From Blepharisma stoltei ATCC 30299 (Eukaryota; Protista; Ciliophora), in the NCBI GenBank assembly GCA_965603825.1, contig CBFDEM010000012.1, positions 496,001 through 560,000 on the forward strand: a stretch of DNA of 64,000 bases, given 5' to 3'. The translations under genes were made by a program, and so were the position numbers. Each line of letters starts with the position of its first letter. Within the stretch, counting starts at the first letter, position 1. Shown piece by piece: positions 60,573 through 64,000 of this stretch. The notes beneath the pieces are model-generated. The model searched no databases, was not told the DNA's origin, and was given only the letters and a program-made list of their open reading frames with translations.

Positions 60573-62984
60573 TTATTTATTAAGAAGACGAGTTCTTTGG
60601 TAATCATTAACCCTTTTGCACCCATCACAAGAATAGCGGTCTGTAGTATTGATCAAAGTGCAAGACTCGCATACCCAAAACTTGTTGGGATCATGGTTTG
60701 ATTTTAGAATTGTTTTTGAAGTTTCAGGCTTGCCTGCAGGGGCTGGTGGGAGAGTTATTGGGACTCTAGGGAGAGGAACTTTAGGGAGCATTGGTGGTGG
60801 CGATGGTAATGGAAGCGACTTTCTGTTTTCTTCACTTCTAAATAAGTTTGACTGTAAGCCAGGACTCTGAGAAGGAGGAGGGGCTGAGACCTCTGGCATT
60901 TTTGGGATAGTTGGAAGCTGCTTTGGAGGGTTTGGCACTTTCATATTCACGATTTGGGATACTGGCCTAGACTGGGCTTCTATTGGGTTTGAGTTCAAAG
61001 GATCAACTTTTATAGGAATAGTTTTGATAGCTGGGGAGGCTGAAGATATGTTGCCAATTTCACATTCTACTTCAGACCCAGAACTATCACTATCACTGTC
61101 ACTGCCACTATCGCTATCACTTTCAGATATAACACTCTTTGAATTAATCTTAGCTGCTATTTTTTCTCCTTTTATCGGAATAGTCACATGATCATTGGGA
61201 GTAGGCTTTATAAATAAAATATCTGCAGGATTTGTGGGAACTGATGAAATTTGACTTTGCTTCATTGATAAAAGAGTTTGAGGCAGGGGTGGGGGTCTAA
61301 GTTCAGTTTTAGTTTGAGGAGCTGGCTGATTAATTGGTGTTTGCACTGCTTTTCCGCTATCACTTGATAGACTAGGTGAGCTTTTTGACGCTTGCTCAGG
61401 TGCTAAAGAAAACCTCGGATAACTTTGAGGCATGGGTTGCTCAGACGAAGATTTTTGGGCATTCAAGTCTGAGTTTATGCCAGGCTTTGAATGCACAGTC
61501 GGAGGATTGAATATCTGAGAGGAATCTTTAGGAGGATTAGTAGGATTAGCTAAAATTGAAGGGGCAGGCTGCTTTGGTGCATTTTGCCTAGAAAGGCTAG
61601 AAGAATTAAACATAGAGTCAGAATTTTCACTTATTTGGGCTGTTTGTGACTCCATTGGAAGCGCTATAGGAGGGTTGAATTTTGGCTGAGAAGCTTTGAT
61701 GAAAGGTGAAGGATTTGTTGGAGGAGGATTTGGACTAGTTGATGGGAAGATAGAAGGAGTGTTTAGTCCAGCTGATGGAAACATTTGAGGAGGATTCAAG
61801 TTAGCTGATGGGAAGATTGATGACTGAGGATTTTGGGGAGTTGGAGGAAGTATTGAAGGAGGATTTTTACTAGAAGTAGATGATGAAAATAGAGAAGGAA
61901 GGTTCTTGCTAGGATTTGATGGTACAATTGGAGGAGGTGGTTTATTAGAAGTTAAAAAGGAAAGCAAAGACTCAGCTTGGGGTTTGGTCTCTGCTAAACT
62001 ACTATCAGCTGTTTTTTTCTTTCGACTCTCTTCTAAGTCAGGCAAGTCATCAATACTGCCTTTCTGTAGATAGAGGTTTATAGGCTTAGCCTGGACATAT
62101 GGGACCCTCGCTTCATTACTTGCTTTTATCTTTAGCAATGGTTTTATCTTATCAATCACATTGCTTTTGATAGTGCTTGGAATGACAAATTCATGCTGCC
62201 CTGCTAATCTTTTTAAGTGTTTGATCTTGTCATTAATATCTTTTGTAATTTTAAACTCGTCAACTGCTTCTTGAGACCTTTATAAATATTACTCTACATA
62301 TATCAATATTTCTGGCAGCATTTCCAATTCAGAGCAACCCATAATTGCTTTTTCCCAAGTTGGATATTCGCTTACATCATATATTTTATACAAAAGCCAG
62401 GCATTTTTATCTCTTATAAGAGAAAAGCTTAGGTTTCCTTTCTTTACTGTAAGCCCTCTTAGTTTTTTGGTGTCAACTGAGGATGTAATGAACCTCCATA
62501 GATTTTGTGGATTTTTAAAGTTCTTCATGTCAAGAAACCTGTACACAGCTATATCCTGTGATGGGTTGGAAAAACTTTTAATGCTAGGATTGCCCTCAAC
62601 TTGCTTCTCTGAAATTGATACAAAAGTGCTTGGTAGAATCCCTCTAAGCTCAGCTGCAAGTTTTTGGTAAGCTTCATCTGCTTCAGTCTCCATGAATTGA
62701 CTATAGAAGTCTTCTGCACTCATAGAATTTCTGGACATTTTCTGCATAGAAATTACTTTCAGCCGGCTTCCTAGCTCACTTTCGTCGAACTTCGCCTTAG
62801 AGATCTTATCAATTATCTGGCTATCAGATAATCTGAATTATTCTTACAGTATTTTTATGATCGACCTTGCAGCACTCTTATAAATGTTAATATTGCCATC
62901 AGTTCCACTATCTTCAGCTTTTTTTCCTGTAGGTTTTTGGATCTTTATTTCCTTTTTAGATAGACTTTGGAAGAAATCGCCCAT
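60573..62984 (-). CDS. Globular N-domain + Pro/Ser-rich region + RanBP2/NZF-type zinc finger, two introns
   Basis: Introns 62833-62847 and 62278-62292 give one frame from ATG 62984; C-terminal WVCESCTLIN...CDGC. Confidence 0.78.
62278..62292 (-). other. 15-nt intron GTAATATTTATAAAG
   Basis: Removes in-frame TAA 62289 and joins two same-frame ORFs. Confidence 0.82.
62833..62847 (-). other. 15-nt intron GTAAGAATAATTCAG
   Basis: Removes an in-frame TAA; frame is then open to ATG 62984. Confidence 0.8.
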
Positions 62985-63021
62985 TTTTGTCTGATCTACA
63001 ATTAATTATAATATTAATTAA

Positions 63022-64000
63022 CTACCCGGCAAACTCAGGATTGTCCTTTAATACTTCATAAAGTGCTAAAGTGGCAAGTTTATTTTGGACTTTTAGAGCG
63101 TCTCTTGCCCATAGTAAATTTGATACAACTCTTTCTAATTTATTTGTCCCGTGCTCTTTGAGCAGATTTTCTGTAATTTGGAGCACTCTAATAATACTTG
63201 GCTGAAGGCTCTCAAGAAATATGTTTCTCTCCATATAAATGCACCTTTCACAGAAGTTTTTAAGCTGCTCCAGCGCAAAAACTGAGTACTCTAAGTTAAA
63301 TTTTCTGTGATTTTTTAAGCCCAAGCTCGCAATATCAAGCATAGCTGCGCATATTTCAGTCGCTTCCAACATCACAACCAGTGGTGTTTCTTTCATTCTC
63401 AATAATTTTATTGTTTCTTCTTCATCTCTTTCAAAAACCTTTATAAAAAGTGTATACAAATAGCCTCTAAAATACTGTCCTACATCATAGCTATGATTTA
63501 CCCTATCAAAAAACTTATCAATAACTTGGCTTGAAGACACATCAGTCGGCCCCACTTCTAATCACAACTCGAAATCTTCTTGGCTAAAAAATACTTTGAC
63601 AATATCTTCAAGGTTTTGTAAAGGAGTTAGAGTGGTCCGAATACTCCCCATTCCTGTAGCGAAATGCAAGTTAAAATAGACGTGGACTGCAATAAAATGA
63701 GCCTCCACATCTAGGTCTTTGTCGCCTTTATAGGGAATTATATATCTCAGCCATACTGGTGTATTCATTTGGTAAGCTGAAAGCAAAAGACCAAGCGAAT
63801 TTTCACGGTCACTTGGGGATATTAGGTCCTGAAAGGAAGCAAGAGGCTCGTCTGAGTGGGAGGTATAAAATCCACTTACAAAGGCATCGGTGCTGAAATC
63901 AAGCCAAAGTGCGTATCTTATGAGAAGATCTAAAAATGAATGTGTGCCTGCATTAAATGAAGGCCCATTCATATAAAATCCATAGCTGACATGTCAGAGC
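63022..64000 (-). CDS. Hypothetical protein, 3' part (5' end outside window)
   Basis: ORFs joined by TGA 63562; with TGA 63994 the frame runs off the window. Confidence 0.7.

Noticed and set aside
1-64000. Mass pseudogenisation, selenoproteins, or a Mycoplasma/mitochondrial origin as the cause of in-frame TGA
   Set aside because: TGA aligns with Trp, not Cys; the genes are otherwise intact nuclear eukaryotic genes with spliceosomal introns

Overview
Gene-dense, AT-rich eukaryotic DNA, most likely the macronuclear genome of a heterotrich ciliate (Blepharisma or a close relative). Two properties explain why the supplied ORF track is fragmented. (1) UGA is read as Trp: I counted about 50 in-frame TGA codons, many at invariant Trp positions, and every reconstructed gene ends in TAA or TAG. 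(2) Introns are tiny: eight 15-nt GT-AG introns, all starting GTAA and all with A at position 10. With both applied, the window resolves into about 50 protein genes, often only 18-60 nt apart. They include housekeeping genes (RPL8, RPL36, RPS28, eIF2-beta, NAP1, UBC12, LST8, PRMT1, Rab8, nicalin), ciliary genes (CEP104, CFAP99-like), kinases (CDPK, CK1, AGC) and many orphans. The most interesting candidates are a compact FHA / RING-MORN / 2x Macro-RING-like cluster at 42.3-46.9 kb with only 18 bp between two divergent start codons, a PTPS-III-type (ExxHGH) pterin enzyme, a MerC-like membrane protein, an SK-like channel with a GQG filter, and a frameshifted TRP-channel remnant absent from the ORF track. 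I recognised no tRNA, rRNA, telomere array, transposon or CRISPR. All product calls come from recalled motifs; no database searches were run.
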